DNA of 64,000 nt from a virus. The stretch is taken from IMG/VR virus record IMGVR_UViG_3300027608_000014, positions 1 through 64,000 of that record; one strand, written 5' to 3'. The position numbers were made by a program, and so were the translations under genes. Positions 36,613 to 46,149 of the stretch are shown here, in pieces. Every line of letters starts with the position of its first letter. Position 1 is the first letter of the stretch. The notes below the pieces were generated by a model, which did not search any database, was not told the origin of the DNA, and was given only the letters and a program-made list of their open reading frames with translations.

Positions 36613-37212
36613 ATGACCAATACACCAACTAATCCATTGCCAGATACAACCGTCGATATTGCTAAGCCACCTGAAGAAAGCTTTAACACTCTTTCTGCTG
36701 CCGAGGTCCAGTCGCTCAGGGTTATCATGCAGACTAACCGTGAAGGGCGATCCAAGACCTTCAGGGTTCCAGAGATGCTAATCACTGAGCGTGACAAAGA
36801 CCTTTTTGCTGAGTCTCTGTGTGGCGGAACCCCATTCAGGGAAGTCATCGAGAGATACAAAGGTAAACTGAAAGTCACCTTCCGAACAAAAGTAAAGTGG
36901 GAGGAAGATATGATTATTGAGCAGATCAGGAAGGACTTTGAGGACGAGTATACTCATACTGATGGTCAGTACGTAAATCGTCTAAACGTTTACAATCTAT
37001 GCTTTGAATTATGTGAGCTGGACGGCGTTCCTCAGAAGCCAATTACCAAAGGTACTGACCTTCGCAAGTATGTCGAAGAGAGCGTCCTAGAGTCCATGTT
37101 AGAGCCAAAGTTGTACATTCTGATTACACTGATGGCGCAGTTCGACGATAAGGTTTCAAGGCTCTGCAGATTAGCTACGCCGGATTTTTCGAAGTCCGAC
37201 GCCGATTCCTGA
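36613..37212 (+). CDS. Tail assembly chaperone (G-like)
   Basis: Start reassigned to ATG 36613. Ends with slippery G GAT TTT; lies upstream of the tape measure. Confidence 0.7.
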   Translation: MTNTPTNPLPDTTVDIAKPPEESFNTLSAAEVQSLRVIMQTNREGRSKTFRVPEMLITERDKDLFAESLCGGTPFREVIERYKGKLKVTFRTKVKWEEDMIIEQIRKDFEDEYTHTDGQYVNRLNVYNLCFELCELDGVPQKPITKGTDLRKYVEESVLESMLEPKLYILITLMAQFDDKVSRLCRLATPDFSKSDADS

Positions 37213-37234
37213 TTCGACAGACGGCGATTCGGAC
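37182..37234 (+). promoter_or_regulatory. Programmed -1 frameshift signal
   Basis: G-GAT-TTT at 37182-37188, 5-nt spacer, hairpin 37194-37234. The -1 frame is open into 37263..37577. Confidence 0.75.
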
Positions 37235-37262
37235 AGACAGTAGGATACCGGGGTCGGACAGA

Positions 37263-37577
37263 ATGACAGACGAGATGGAAACAGCTCGTAGGGAAATGAT
37301 TTTGTCTGGACTCGAATGGGAAAATAACCTGCGCGTCTCTCAGGCCCGATTTGATCTGTACTCTCGATCCGATGGTAGTATCGACTTCAGAATTGGAGTT
37401 TACCATGAATACATCCAGGCAGCTTTACCGTATGTTAGCTTCAACTTCGGAGATGACGATGAGAGGAGTCAGGCGTCTGAAGAGCAGAAGAGGGCTGATT
37501 TTATGAAGCAGCTCAAGTCAATCAATTGGAGCGAGGCCATGAATCATCTTCCTGTGGCGGGGACTTCTAAAGTATAA
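37263..37577 (+). CDS. Tail assembly chaperone T segment (GT fusion via -1 frameshift)
   Basis: In the -1 frame relative to the upstream ORF and open from the slippery site. Confidence 0.7.
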   Translation: MTDEMETARREMILSGLEWENNLRVSQARFDLYSRSDGSIDFRIGVYHEYIQAALPYVSFNFGDDDERSQASEEQKRADFMKQLKSINWSEAMNHLPVAGTSKV

Positions 37578-37589
37578 TAGCCCTCGATT

Positions 37590-39887
37590 ATGCCTCAAGG
37601 ATACAATCCCGGATACCAAGAAGAGCAGTTTAGCCCTTATGGTGCACCTCCATCATTTCCAAACGAAATGTTTGGGAATCCATCTCCCTCACAAAGATTC
37701 TTCCAAGACTCCAGGAACAGGGGAATGCAGTACTCACCTGGACAGGGATTTGCGCCAGCTGGCGGAATGGACATGAGTCAGTTCGGTCTGCTCGGCACGT
37801 TTGCTAACATGGCGCTTCAGAAGTCTATGGGCGGATTTCCGATTCGTCCGTTTAATGGATACGAAGGTGGAGATTCAGACTTCCTAGAGAGTAATGCACG
37901 AAGCCGGGCCATGCGCGACAACATGAGCGCCGAACTCGACAAGGGTGGTGCTTTAGGCAATAGCAATCTTGGGAAAAGCAGATTGGCTCAAACTCTTCAG
38001 GAGATGGCTGGAGTTACCTATGGAGGATCGTCCTATCAGGCGTCTAACCTCCTTGCCTCCAGGCAGGGGCGCTCACTAAGTAATAGCACTGACCCAGCAG
38101 ACCAGTATAAGGCGGCTACTAGCGCCGTCGATCAGATGCGTAGGCAATTTGGCATTGGAGGATTCGGCGACAGTGAGGAACCCGGATATATTGCGCCCAC
38201 TCACAGTTACACTCGATCGTTCGGTTTTAATCTCCAGGAGTCAGCAAATAACCTAGACAGCGGCATTCGTTATGGAAACGTCTCCGGTGGAAGACAGGGA
38301 CTCGCTGATGCCGTAAGAAATGGAGAAATTGGCGAAATGGCTGCCGCTCAGAACGCTAAGGTCAGAATGGGCAAGCAGGCCTTCGGACAGAATACTAGCG
38401 CTGATCAGATCAACCAACTGCTAGATTCAGCAATGGGCGGTCTAGCCAACGTGACCCCTGATAAAGCCACTGCATTCTTGGCTAAGATTCAAACTGCAGC
38501 TAGGGCCATGGATATCAACGCCAAGGCCTTCACTGAGTACGTCGCTATGCAGCAGGGCGTATACAAACAGATGGGTCTAGGCGGAGCGGCCTCGGCAGAT
38601 TCTATTATTGGAGCCGCACTATCCGGCCAGGCCGTAATGGATGCAGCGCAGAGCAAGGGAGGCATCGGTGGACTAAACGCCAACAAGGACGTTGCAATGG
38701 CCGCCACTGCTGCTATTGAGGCTAGGTCTCAGGGGAGTAATCTTTATAATCAGGCTCGGGCCGTTGGAGCAATTTACGACAACCTATCTCCCGCACAGAG
38801 GGCTGCGGTCAAGACGGCCAACGGAGTCTCAGTATCCACCCAGATGAGGAAGGTTGAGGCCCTACTCAATGAAGGCAAGTCAGATGAGGCCGAAGCTATA
38901 ATTCGTGATATCAAGGGTGTGTCAGGATTTGAGATGACAGATTCATTGGCCAATAACATGAATTCTGACATAGCTGCCAAGGGTAATAGGCACATAAGGC
39001 CAAATGGTCAGGGCGCCTCCTTCTCTGTCAGAGAGGATCACGTCAATCAGATCTTCGCAAGGATGGGTGGTCCCAACGCAAGTATCAAAAGTTCTGCTGA
39101 CCTTGGATCCATGCTAGCCAACGTCAAGGACTTCGGGAGCCAAAAAGAGATCGAGAAAGCCTTGATGGCTGGAGGAGTAAGCCCAGCAGAGGCAGCAGCG
39201 CTCTCAGGCCAGATGGCTACCAGCTCTGTTGACATACAGTCCCGTATGAACGGTGACGGCGAAAGAGCGATCTTCCAGGCGCAAGCTAATGAAACTAGTG
39301 TCGATGGGATCGCAAGGCGAAAAGCAGACCAGGCCAAGCGGGACAAGGAATCGAACGTGGCACTTGTCCTAAATAGGCGCATGGGAGGCATCGCTAGTGA
39401 ACTGGGCGTTAAAGATTTAATCAAATTCACCAAGGATTTTATTGATGCTGGTGGTGTGAACGGTGGCGAGGCCGCTGCTAGAGCAGCGCTCGATAAGTCC
39501 GGTGTTGTCGCTGACTCTAAGCAACTAGCTGGGTTAATGGAAAGCATGAAGCCTGGTGGAGAATTAGAGCAAGTCTCAGATAAGGCTGAAAAGGCCAGGG
39601 CAGATGCACTAGCTCAAGGAAAATCATATGTAGAGGCTGATGCGATTAAAGCTGAGATATTAGCTCAAGCTGGTGGATTGAACGACGCGGACGCTCAAGC
39701 CAAAGTAGATGATGCGTCTAGAGCAGCCGAAGAGGCGAAAAATAAATCAGAGGCAGATGGAACAAATGTCCTTTTAGATCCCCTCAAGCAAATGCTCGAG
39801 CTACTTGCGAAGATATTATATGCCATCCTCAATGGCACGGCGATGCCTGTGACACCGGAGGTAGTCCCCCAAAGCAACCATAGATGA
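37590..39887 (+). CDS. Tape measure protein
   Basis: 765 aa, Ala/Gly/Gln/Met-rich and helical; follows the chaperone frameshift pair; TATAAT 11 nt upstream. Confidence 0.7.
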   Translation: MPQGYNPGYQEEQFSPYGAPPSFPNEMFGNPSPSQRFFQDSRNRGMQYSPGQGFAPAGGMDMSQFGLLGTFANMALQKSMGGFPIRPFNGYEGGDSDFLESNARSRAMRDNMSAELDKGGALGNSNLGKSRLAQTLQEMAGVTYGGSSYQASNLLASRQGRSLSNSTDPADQYKAATSAVDQMRRQFGIGGFGDSEEPGYIAPTHSYTRSFGFNLQESANNLDSGIRYGNVSGGRQGLADAVRNGEIGEMAAAQNAKVRMGKQAFGQNTSADQINQLLDSAMGGLANVTPDKATAFLAKIQTAARAMDINAKAFTEYVAMQQGVYKQMGLGGAASADSIIGAALSGQAVMDAAQSKGGIGGLNANKDVAMAATAAIEARSQGSNLYNQARAVGAIYDNLSPAQRAAVKTANGVSVSTQMRKVEALLNEGKSDEAEAIIRDIKGVSGFEMTDSLANNMNSDIAAKGNRHIRPNGQGASFSVREDHVNQIFARMGGPNASIKSSADLGSMLANVKDFGSQKEIEKALMAGGVSPAEAAALSGQMATSSVDIQSRMNGDGERAIFQAQANETSVDGIARRKADQAKRDKESNVALVLNRRMGGIASELGVKDLIKFTKDFIDAGGVNGGEAAARAALDKSGVVADSKQLAGLMESMKPGGELEQVSDKAEKARADALAQGKSYVEADAIKAEILAQAGGLNDADAQAKVDDASRAAEEAKNKSEADGTNVLLDPLKQMLELLAKILYAILNGTAMPVTPEVVPQSNHR

Positions 39888-40050
39888 TGCGGCTAAAGCG
39901 GCCGAAGATAAGAAAAATAGATCAGAGGCAAATGAAACAGATGTCCTTTTAGATCCCCTCAAACAAATGATCAATCTACTTGCGAAGATATTATATGCCA
40001 TCCTCAATGGCACTGATATGCCTCTGACGAAGGTAAACCCCCAGCAGTAA
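39706..40050 (+). repeat. 175-bp-period diverged duplication of the tape-measure 3' end
   Basis: Copies start at 39706 and 39881. The second copy is open in the +1 frame to TAA 40048-40050. Confidence 0.9.
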
Positions 40051-40055
40051 AACTT

Positions 40056-40556
40056 ATGGCCAACATTTATAGATCAACTCCTGGAGCACTAGTTAAGTCC
40101 TCCGTGCGTCAGCCTTCGTTCCTAACGGTTAGTGGACTGGATTTTGGAGACAAAATGATCGCTACTAACTTCAAGCTGGATCGAGGTCAGGACATGCAGC
40201 ACCAGAAGACATTGTCGCAAGAAATCTACTCGTACGCCTTTGGAGAGGCCATGGGACGAATTCAGGTGGGAGGCATGATATTCTTTGGAGGCTGCAATGG
40301 ACCTTCATCGGCGGGAATCTCCCGTATAAATGGATATTACAGCGGTAACAATGCGTTTGCCAAAAAATCGTCCGTTACATGTACGATTGGAGGCCAGAGT
40401 GCATTCAAGTGCTACTTAGAGAATCTATCCATTCTCGTTGAGTCATCTGCCTATAACACGGGAAGCTTCAGCCTTGGATTCTCTGTGATTCCAGCAGGAG
40501 CCAAGGGTAGTGGAGGCGGGTTGTCAACTGGTGGGTTGTCAACTGGCTCCCTATAA
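40056..40556 (+). CDS. Tube-like baseplate/tube-initiator protein
   Basis: 166 aa after the tape measure; YSYAFGEAMGRIQVGG is tube-like. Confidence 0.55.
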   Translation: MANIYRSTPGALVKSSVRQPSFLTVSGLDFGDKMIATNFKLDRGQDMQHQKTLSQEIYSYAFGEAMGRIQVGGMIFFGGCNGPSSAGISRINGYYSGNNAFAKKSSVTCTIGGQSAFKCYLENLSILVESSAYNTGSFSLGFSVIPAGAKGSGGGLSTGGLSTGSL

Positions 40557-40568
40557 GGCAATACGAAC

Positions 40569-41327
40569 ATGGTAAATCACCTTAGGACATTACTGCTCAA
40601 CCTAGCGTCATCTCCAGATGCAGAGGGAGAAGAACTTATTGAGGCGTCGTTTATGCCCAAGACTCTGACTAAAAATCAGAGCGCTGTTCGCAACCTGATT
40701 TTTCCAGAAAAAATCAGCAGAAAGTACGGCAACTTCATCTCCACAGCGTTGACGCGCATTGTCATGAATTCACCATTTGCCAGCGACATCGACGCTCTGG
40801 ATTCACGATCACTACTCTCTGATCCTGTCAACGCAGCTCAAGAGTTCGGATCCCAGATTACTATCAACCCACTGACAAGTGCCAGCTCACTAACCGTGCG
40901 CGGACAGATACTACCAAACAATCGCAGTGGAGTATTTTCTGAGGACTGGATAATCAGCTACGCCAGCTCATCATCAGTAACCATTTTAAATCCAGCCGCT
41001 GGGATCCCAACGACTAAAACTATAACTTTTAATGAGGGATCTAGTTCTGTGTTCTCCATTAACCTGGAGGGGTCGCTAATTGGGCAGCTACTGAACGTAA
41101 GCGCCGTACCTTCTGGATTTCTAGCCACAGTCACCGCAACTCTCCCTATAAGCTACAGTATTATTGACCTAGCTAAGGACCTTCAGTTATCCAGTAGAAC
41201 AAGAAGTCTGATGTTTATCCCTAATAACGAAGCCCTGTCGCAAAAGTGCCTAGATTACTTCGAGAGCGATAGTAGGCCGGATCTTACAGTTGCAGCCGCA
41301 CTCACTGCTTACGCTTACAGCTTCTAA
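40569..41327 (+). CDS. Hypothetical baseplate-region protein
   Basis: 252-aa ORF. Confidence 0.55.
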   Translation: MVNHLRTLLLNLASSPDAEGEELIEASFMPKTLTKNQSAVRNLIFPEKISRKYGNFISTALTRIVMNSPFASDIDALDSRSLLSDPVNAAQEFGSQITINPLTSASSLTVRGQILPNNRSGVFSEDWIISYASSSSVTILNPAAGIPTTKTITFNEGSSSVFSINLEGSLIGQLLNVSAVPSGFLATVTATLPISYSIIDLAKDLQLSSRTRSLMFIPNNEALSQKCLDYFESDSRPDLTVAAALTAYAYSF

Positions 41328-41329
41328 GT

Positions 41330-42802
41330 ATGGTAATTATTGGATCAGCAGGTAACTTAGTTATCCCAAGTGGAAGGCTGGTACCCAAGGGTGGTGGCAG
41401 TGGAATTCCTATCACCTCGTTTTCGGGATCTTTTGTCGTAGGATCTATTCCAACATGCAGGGTCGGAATTCCTATTGAGTTTCTCGGTGACATTCCAGAT
41501 GACGCCACCACCAAACTATACCAGGTTAAGGTGGGCTCTGCGGGCAAAGAGTACGATATTTTTACTGGTTACATCTCAGGACGAGCTGGAAGGATAACTG
41601 GACGATCGATTGAGGCTGGAGTCAGCTTGGTACACCCAGCAAGGGACATGGACACAATGAGACTGTTGGCTCCTGGAATGCACTCTCATGGTAAAATGGA
41701 TTACTCGTATACAACCAAACCAAGTGGTGACGGAAGCAAACCGGGCACGGTTAATAATTGGTACTATAGCGGTAACAGTTCGGCGCCGCTTCCAAAGCAA
41801 ATCATCGATGGAATCATTAAGACGCTGACGTTCAGAAACACTACTACCAACACCCAAGGCCTTGGAGGCGCTAGCAAGACAATAAGTTACGCTCGTACAA
41901 TTGCCCTCCTAGGATCGATCAAGTGTCTAAATGGTGCACTAACAAGGGTTCCTTTTAGGATAGAGCATTCAATCAATACTGCTGTGAACAATGAGGTGGA
42001 GGGGTCATTTCGGACTCAGTCCAGTTTGTGGAATTCTATTGTCAATATTCTTGGTCAATTCGGACTCTACGTAATCTGTGATCACAATGGAGACACACTG
42101 GTGTCAGCTGACGTAACAAACTTTGAGCCACCTGAGAAAAATTATTTTTACTCTAATCAGATTTATAGCATGGATCAGTCCTCGTCCTTTGGCAGAAACG
42201 TCAAAGAAGTTAGACTACTAAATCAAGATCACAGATCGCCAGAGGGTGGGTCGTCTGTCTCGTTGCTGGCCACCTATAGCTACCCAGATCCACCGACCGA
42301 CCCGGATGGTGGAACTGTAGTAATTAATCTGCCGCCATGGCTTAGTCCACTTAATGATGCCACCAGGATATACCCTGGAGGTGGACCTCCTATCCCGATC
42401 TCCCCAACCAACCCATCTCCGAAGCCATCTGGATCCGTTCCCAGGCCGTCTGATGCAGCCGAAGTCAGTCAGATCTACAAGGACTTCGCCCAAGCCACCT
42501 ACAATAATGAGAGGAACAAGTGGAAAAGCATGACGTTCTCTGGTCCACTACTGCCCAATGTAACCCCAGGTACCACTGTCTGGGTTCAACCGTACAGTGG
42601 CGCTATAGCCCTAAGTAAAAAAGAGATTAGAGATGCATCAACATTCTCTGGATACGTATCCTCCGTCATGCATCGTATTGATGTAGGGAGCAAATCTATG
42701 TCCACTACTCTGACCCTTAGGAATGTCAGCAATGTGACATCAGCCCTGAATATTACTTCTCATCCCATTTTTTCAGACGTTAAGGCGTTTGTGTTGGCTT
42801 GA
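41330..42802 (+). CDS. Putative baseplate hub (gp27-like)
   Basis: IFTGYI N-terminal motif; C-terminal PNVTPGTTV...GYVSSVMHRI hub-like motif. Confidence 0.6.
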   Translation: MVIIGSAGNLVIPSGRLVPKGGGSGIPITSFSGSFVVGSIPTCRVGIPIEFLGDIPDDATTKLYQVKVGSAGKEYDIFTGYISGRAGRITGRSIEAGVSLVHPARDMDTMRLLAPGMHSHGKMDYSYTTKPSGDGSKPGTVNNWYYSGNSSAPLPKQIIDGIIKTLTFRNTTTNTQGLGGASKTISYARTIALLGSIKCLNGALTRVPFRIEHSINTAVNNEVEGSFRTQSSLWNSIVNILGQFGLYVICDHNGDTLVSADVTNFEPPEKNYFYSNQIYSMDQSSSFGRNVKEVRLLNQDHRSPEGGSSVSLLATYSYPDPPTDPDGGTVVINLPPWLSPLNDATRIYPGGGPPIPISPTNPSPKPSGSVPRPSDAAEVSQIYKDFAQATYNNERNKWKSMTFSGPLLPNVTPGTTVWVQPYSGAIALSKKEIRDASTFSGYVSSVMHRIDVGSKSMSTTLTLRNVSNVTSALNITSHPIFSDVKAFVLA

Positions 42803-42829
42803 CTAATTCACCTCTGATAGAGTCTATCT

Positions 42830-43660
42830 GTGCCCGAGTCTCTTGAAATCGAATCTGAAGTAGATCCCGAACAGCATGCTGCCGAAGTAGGAGCCATGCC
42901 GCATCAGGACGCCCTAGGCCAGTGGCAGAATTGGAAGCGCAAGCCTGGCCCTGAGTCCATGGCTAAGGTGCTAAACTCTGTAAGGCCGATCATCAATAAA
43001 TCAGTGTCTAAGTTTCCAAAGTACAACTCAGCCATTCTTGGTGGTGAAGCTAAGCGACTGGCTATTGGGGCAATCAAGACCTTTGATCCTGAGCGTGGGG
43101 CATCACTACCAACGCACATTTACGGTCACCTAAAGTCTCTGGGAAGATTCGCCAGTGACGTTGGCCCTGCCGTTCGCAAGAGCCGTCTAGAGCGGGATCG
43201 CACATCTGAGTACCTCGGTGCTGTTCGTGATCTAACAGAGATCAACAACCGTGAACCATCAGACGATGAGCTCAGAGATCGCCTCTTAGTTGATCGTAAA
43301 ACTCTATCCAAGATGAGACTTGCAGCTAGCGGTGAGGTTGCCGAGAGTCAGCTTGATTACCTACCCAGTCAAGAAGAGGAAGATCCAAGAGTAGGTATGT
43401 GGACCAATTATGTTTATCACGACCTGGACTCAACTGGCAAGTTGATCATGGACTACAAGCTTGGACGCAATGGGCGACCAATGCTTGGGACTGAAGCGGC
43501 TGCTGCTAAACTTGGAATGAACCCAGATTATTTAAACCGTAGAGCTGGAGAGATTTCCAAGAGAATACTTGATGGCGTAAATGCATCTCAAGCGTCTAGG
43601 GCGAATCCTAAACTAGACAGAGAGCTTGGACTAGGCGAAATGGCACTAGGAGAAGAATAA
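42830..43660 (+). CDS. Sigma-70 family (FliA/SigF-like) factor
   Basis: Region 2-like AIKTFDPERGASLPTH; region 3-like NREPSDDELRDRL; region 4-like HTH AAAAKLGMNPDYLNRR. Confidence 0.7.
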   Translation: MPESLEIESEVDPEQHAAEVGAMPHQDALGQWQNWKRKPGPESMAKVLNSVRPIINKSVSKFPKYNSAILGGEAKRLAIGAIKTFDPERGASLPTHIYGHLKSLGRFASDVGPAVRKSRLERDRTSEYLGAVRDLTEINNREPSDDELRDRLLVDRKTLSKMRLAASGEVAESQLDYLPSQEEEDPRVGMWTNYVYHDLDSTGKLIMDYKLGRNGRPMLGTEAAAAKLGMNPDYLNRRAGEISKRILDGVNASQASRANPKLDRELGLGEMALGEE

Positions 43661-44040
43661 TGGCTAAAAATTCTATACAGGCAGTTCATAAGCTAATTAG
43701 CCGACTGGGAGTGTCGTTTGGCTCTAGAGGATCAGCTCTTCAGGGTAAGAGCGATGACGAGGACTTTTTCGAGAAAGAGACTTCAATGACCGAGATCTTC
43801 GATTTGTTTGATCGAAGTGAGTACGTCTTGGAACTTAAGAAGATAGATGGAAAGGTCTATCCGATTAAAGATCGAATTGCCAACAAGAGCCCGACCGAAT
43901 TTATGGCTGGCTTGGAACGTGACGTACGCGCTAGCTATTGCAGTCGACTGGATAACTATCGCTCAGCAGCTTTATCCAAGCAGATGCCCAGTGCGTTCTT
44001 CGGTAGCTATGCAGCCATGATTAGATCAGTATCATCATAA
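43660..44040 (+). CDS. Hypothetical protein
   Basis: 126 aa; TAATG overlap with the previous gene. Confidence 0.55.
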   Translation: MAKNSIQAVHKLISRLGVSFGSRGSALQGKSDDEDFFEKETSMTEIFDLFDRSEYVLELKKIDGKVYPIKDRIANKSPTEFMAGLERDVRASYCSRLDNYRSAALSKQMPSAFFGSYAAMIRSVSS

Positions 44041-44041
44041 T

Positions 44042-44506
44042 ATGGCCATCACTGGAACGTCCAAAAACTACACGGGTCGAAAAGTAGACCTAAGTCTCTA
44101 TCCTGAGCTTACCGTCAACGGTAACAAAGTGTCTGCTGGCGCTCCGTACTCTCGTGCCATAGCCGGTCCGTCAAAGGTGGCGCAAAACTTTGCTAGAATT
44201 CTACTTACACCACTCGGCAAGTATCGAGGAAATCCAGACCTTGGCAGTAACTTCATGCAGCGTATCCAGAATGGCGCGGTGAAGTACGACGTCGACCTAC
44301 TCCACTTATTCGCTGGTGAATCACTTGGCGTCATGGATTTCATGAGCAGCAACGAACCAGAATCGTCGCCTGACGATGAGCGCATCCTCTCTGTTGAGAT
44401 GACAAAGTACTCAGCAATGAGGGGATCATTCAGTATGACGGTAGAGCTAAAAACAAGAGGCGGCGATTCCGTCTTATTTCTGCTGCCTGTAGTCTGGAGT
44501 AATTAA
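44042..44506 (+). CDS. Baseplate wedge gp25-like (sheath initiator)
   Basis: ILLTPLG..GNPDLGS...DERI motif. Confidence 0.75.
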   Translation: MAITGTSKNYTGRKVDLSLYPELTVNGNKVSAGAPYSRAIAGPSKVAQNFARILLTPLGKYRGNPDLGSNFMQRIQNGAVKYDVDLLHLFAGESLGVMDFMSSNEPESSPDDERILSVEMTKYSAMRGSFSMTVELKTRGGDSVLFLLPVVWSN

Positions 44507-44507
44507 T

Positions 44508-46148
44508 ATGGCCATCATCGACTCTCTCTCTTTTGTTCCAGGCATCAACCTGAACGATCTCTCCTTTACAGACGAAGAAATCGCTAGATCTGAAGCACTT
44601 ATTGCAGAGTCTATTTCTGCACGACACCCTTCACTGGACGTTTCACCAACGACCAGCCTATATGACCTACAGGCACGCCCCGGTGCCATTGAGTATCTAA
44701 ATAACCGAGCCATGAGCCTTGCTATCCAGGCGACGCAGAGCCTCAAGGGCGTGCAAGAGAACCCTGAGCTGGCTAGTAACGATGTTGTAGACGCTATTCT
44801 TTCAAATTACAGTATTACTAGAAGATCTGGAGTGGTCGCCACGGGATCGGTAAAGATCGACGTTAGTCAAGACGTCGCGTACTCAATACTGGCCACTGAA
44901 GGATTCACCTCAGCCTCTGGAGCCAAGTTTTATCCCGATGCTGACTATCTAGTAACATCTGGTCAATCTGAGGGTAACCTGCAGCTACGTCCAGCTGACT
45001 CACAGAATGACCAATTTTACTTCATTCTTCCATTGATCGCCTCAGAGGTTGGCGTGGACTCGCAACTTGCCGACAACGTAGAGCTAGTACCAGACGTTCC
45101 TGTTCCAAACTTTATTTCGGCCTACAGTTTTGGGGCATTTACTGGGGCTATCAATGAGGAGACCAATGACGAACTGATTGCTCGAATCCCTGAGGCCATC
45201 TCAGCAAAGAACCGGGTATCTAAGGTTTCTCTGTCCTCTGAACTAAGAAGCGCATTCACTTCTGTGATAGATGTAAGCGTTCAGGGGTACGGCGACGCTG
45301 CCCTGCTAAGAGGATCAGGAACGATCCTGCCGATCAAGAGCGGTGGATTTGCCGATGTGTGGGTCAGAACGTCTTTAGCGGCCGTTTCTGTTTCTACTGA
45401 CGTAATCGCTACACTCAACAGCGTTAGTGGCACGGGAAGAGGCACTTGTAGCTGCACAGTTGCTGAGACTGATCACCCTGGACACTTCTTTGTCGCTTCT
45501 GTCAGGGCATCCGAAAGAGCAGGGTTGCTTGGAACCTACGGGGTCACTAGCCAGACCAAGTCTATTACAACATCTGGCCATAAAAACGCTTCAGTGTCAC
45601 AAGGAGCCTTTGGAAAGTATCAATCTACAGAGGTAGTCTTCGTAATCGACCCAGAAGCTGGCCAGGCATTCCCAGTTGTCGGCGAGGAGTTCTCAGTGTC
45701 AGTTGAAACTATTGGAATTCCACAAATTGACAAGATCCAAGATTTTATTGATGATCCAGATACCAGGGCTGCCGGTGTGGATTACTTAGTGAGAGCTTCG
45801 GTTCCCTGTTTGGTTTGGTTGTCACCAATTACTGTCAACGCTGAAGACGGAACTGACGAGGAAGCCATCAGAACGGCAATCTTCTCTTATATCAACAACA
45901 TTCCAATGGGAGAGTCGCTATTCATTGATGGTATCGTGATGGCAATTCGCTCAGTGAGTGGAGTGAACAATGTAATTTTGCCAATCAGAGTAAACGGTAG
46001 GATCTTCTGTCCAGATGGCAGTTCGATCAACCTAACGAGTGAGAGCATCTTGACCGCTCCGTCACGCCCAGACATCCAGGTTGTCCCGAGGACTGTGGCT
46101 TTCTACGTTTCCATTGACGACATTCCGATAAGCGTTATCCTCTCCTAA
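44508..46148 (+). CDS. Baseplate J/gp6-like wedge protein
   Basis: RRSGVVATGSV; GAINEETNDELIARI; AIFSYINNIPMG. Confidence 0.8.
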   Translation: MAIIDSLSFVPGINLNDLSFTDEEIARSEALIAESISARHPSLDVSPTTSLYDLQARPGAIEYLNNRAMSLAIQATQSLKGVQENPELASNDVVDAILSNYSITRRSGVVATGSVKIDVSQDVAYSILATEGFTSASGAKFYPDADYLVTSGQSEGNLQLRPADSQNDQFYFILPLIASEVGVDSQLADNVELVPDVPVPNFISAYSFGAFTGAINEETNDELIARIPEAISAKNRVSKVSLSSELRSAFTSVIDVSVQGYGDAALLRGSGTILPIKSGGFADVWVRTSLAAVSVSTDVIATLNSVSGTGRGTCSCTVAETDHPGHFFVASVRASERAGLLGTYGVTSQTKSITTSGHKNASVSQGAFGKYQSTEVVFVIDPEAGQAFPVVGEEFSVSVETIGIPQIDKIQDFIDDPDTRAAGVDYLVRASVPCLVWLSPITVNAEDGTDEEAIRTAIFSYINNIPMGESLFIDGIVMAIRSVSGVNNVILPIRVNGRIFCPDGSSINLTSESILTAPSRPDIQVVPRTVAFYVSIDDIPISVILS

Positions 46149-46149
46149 T

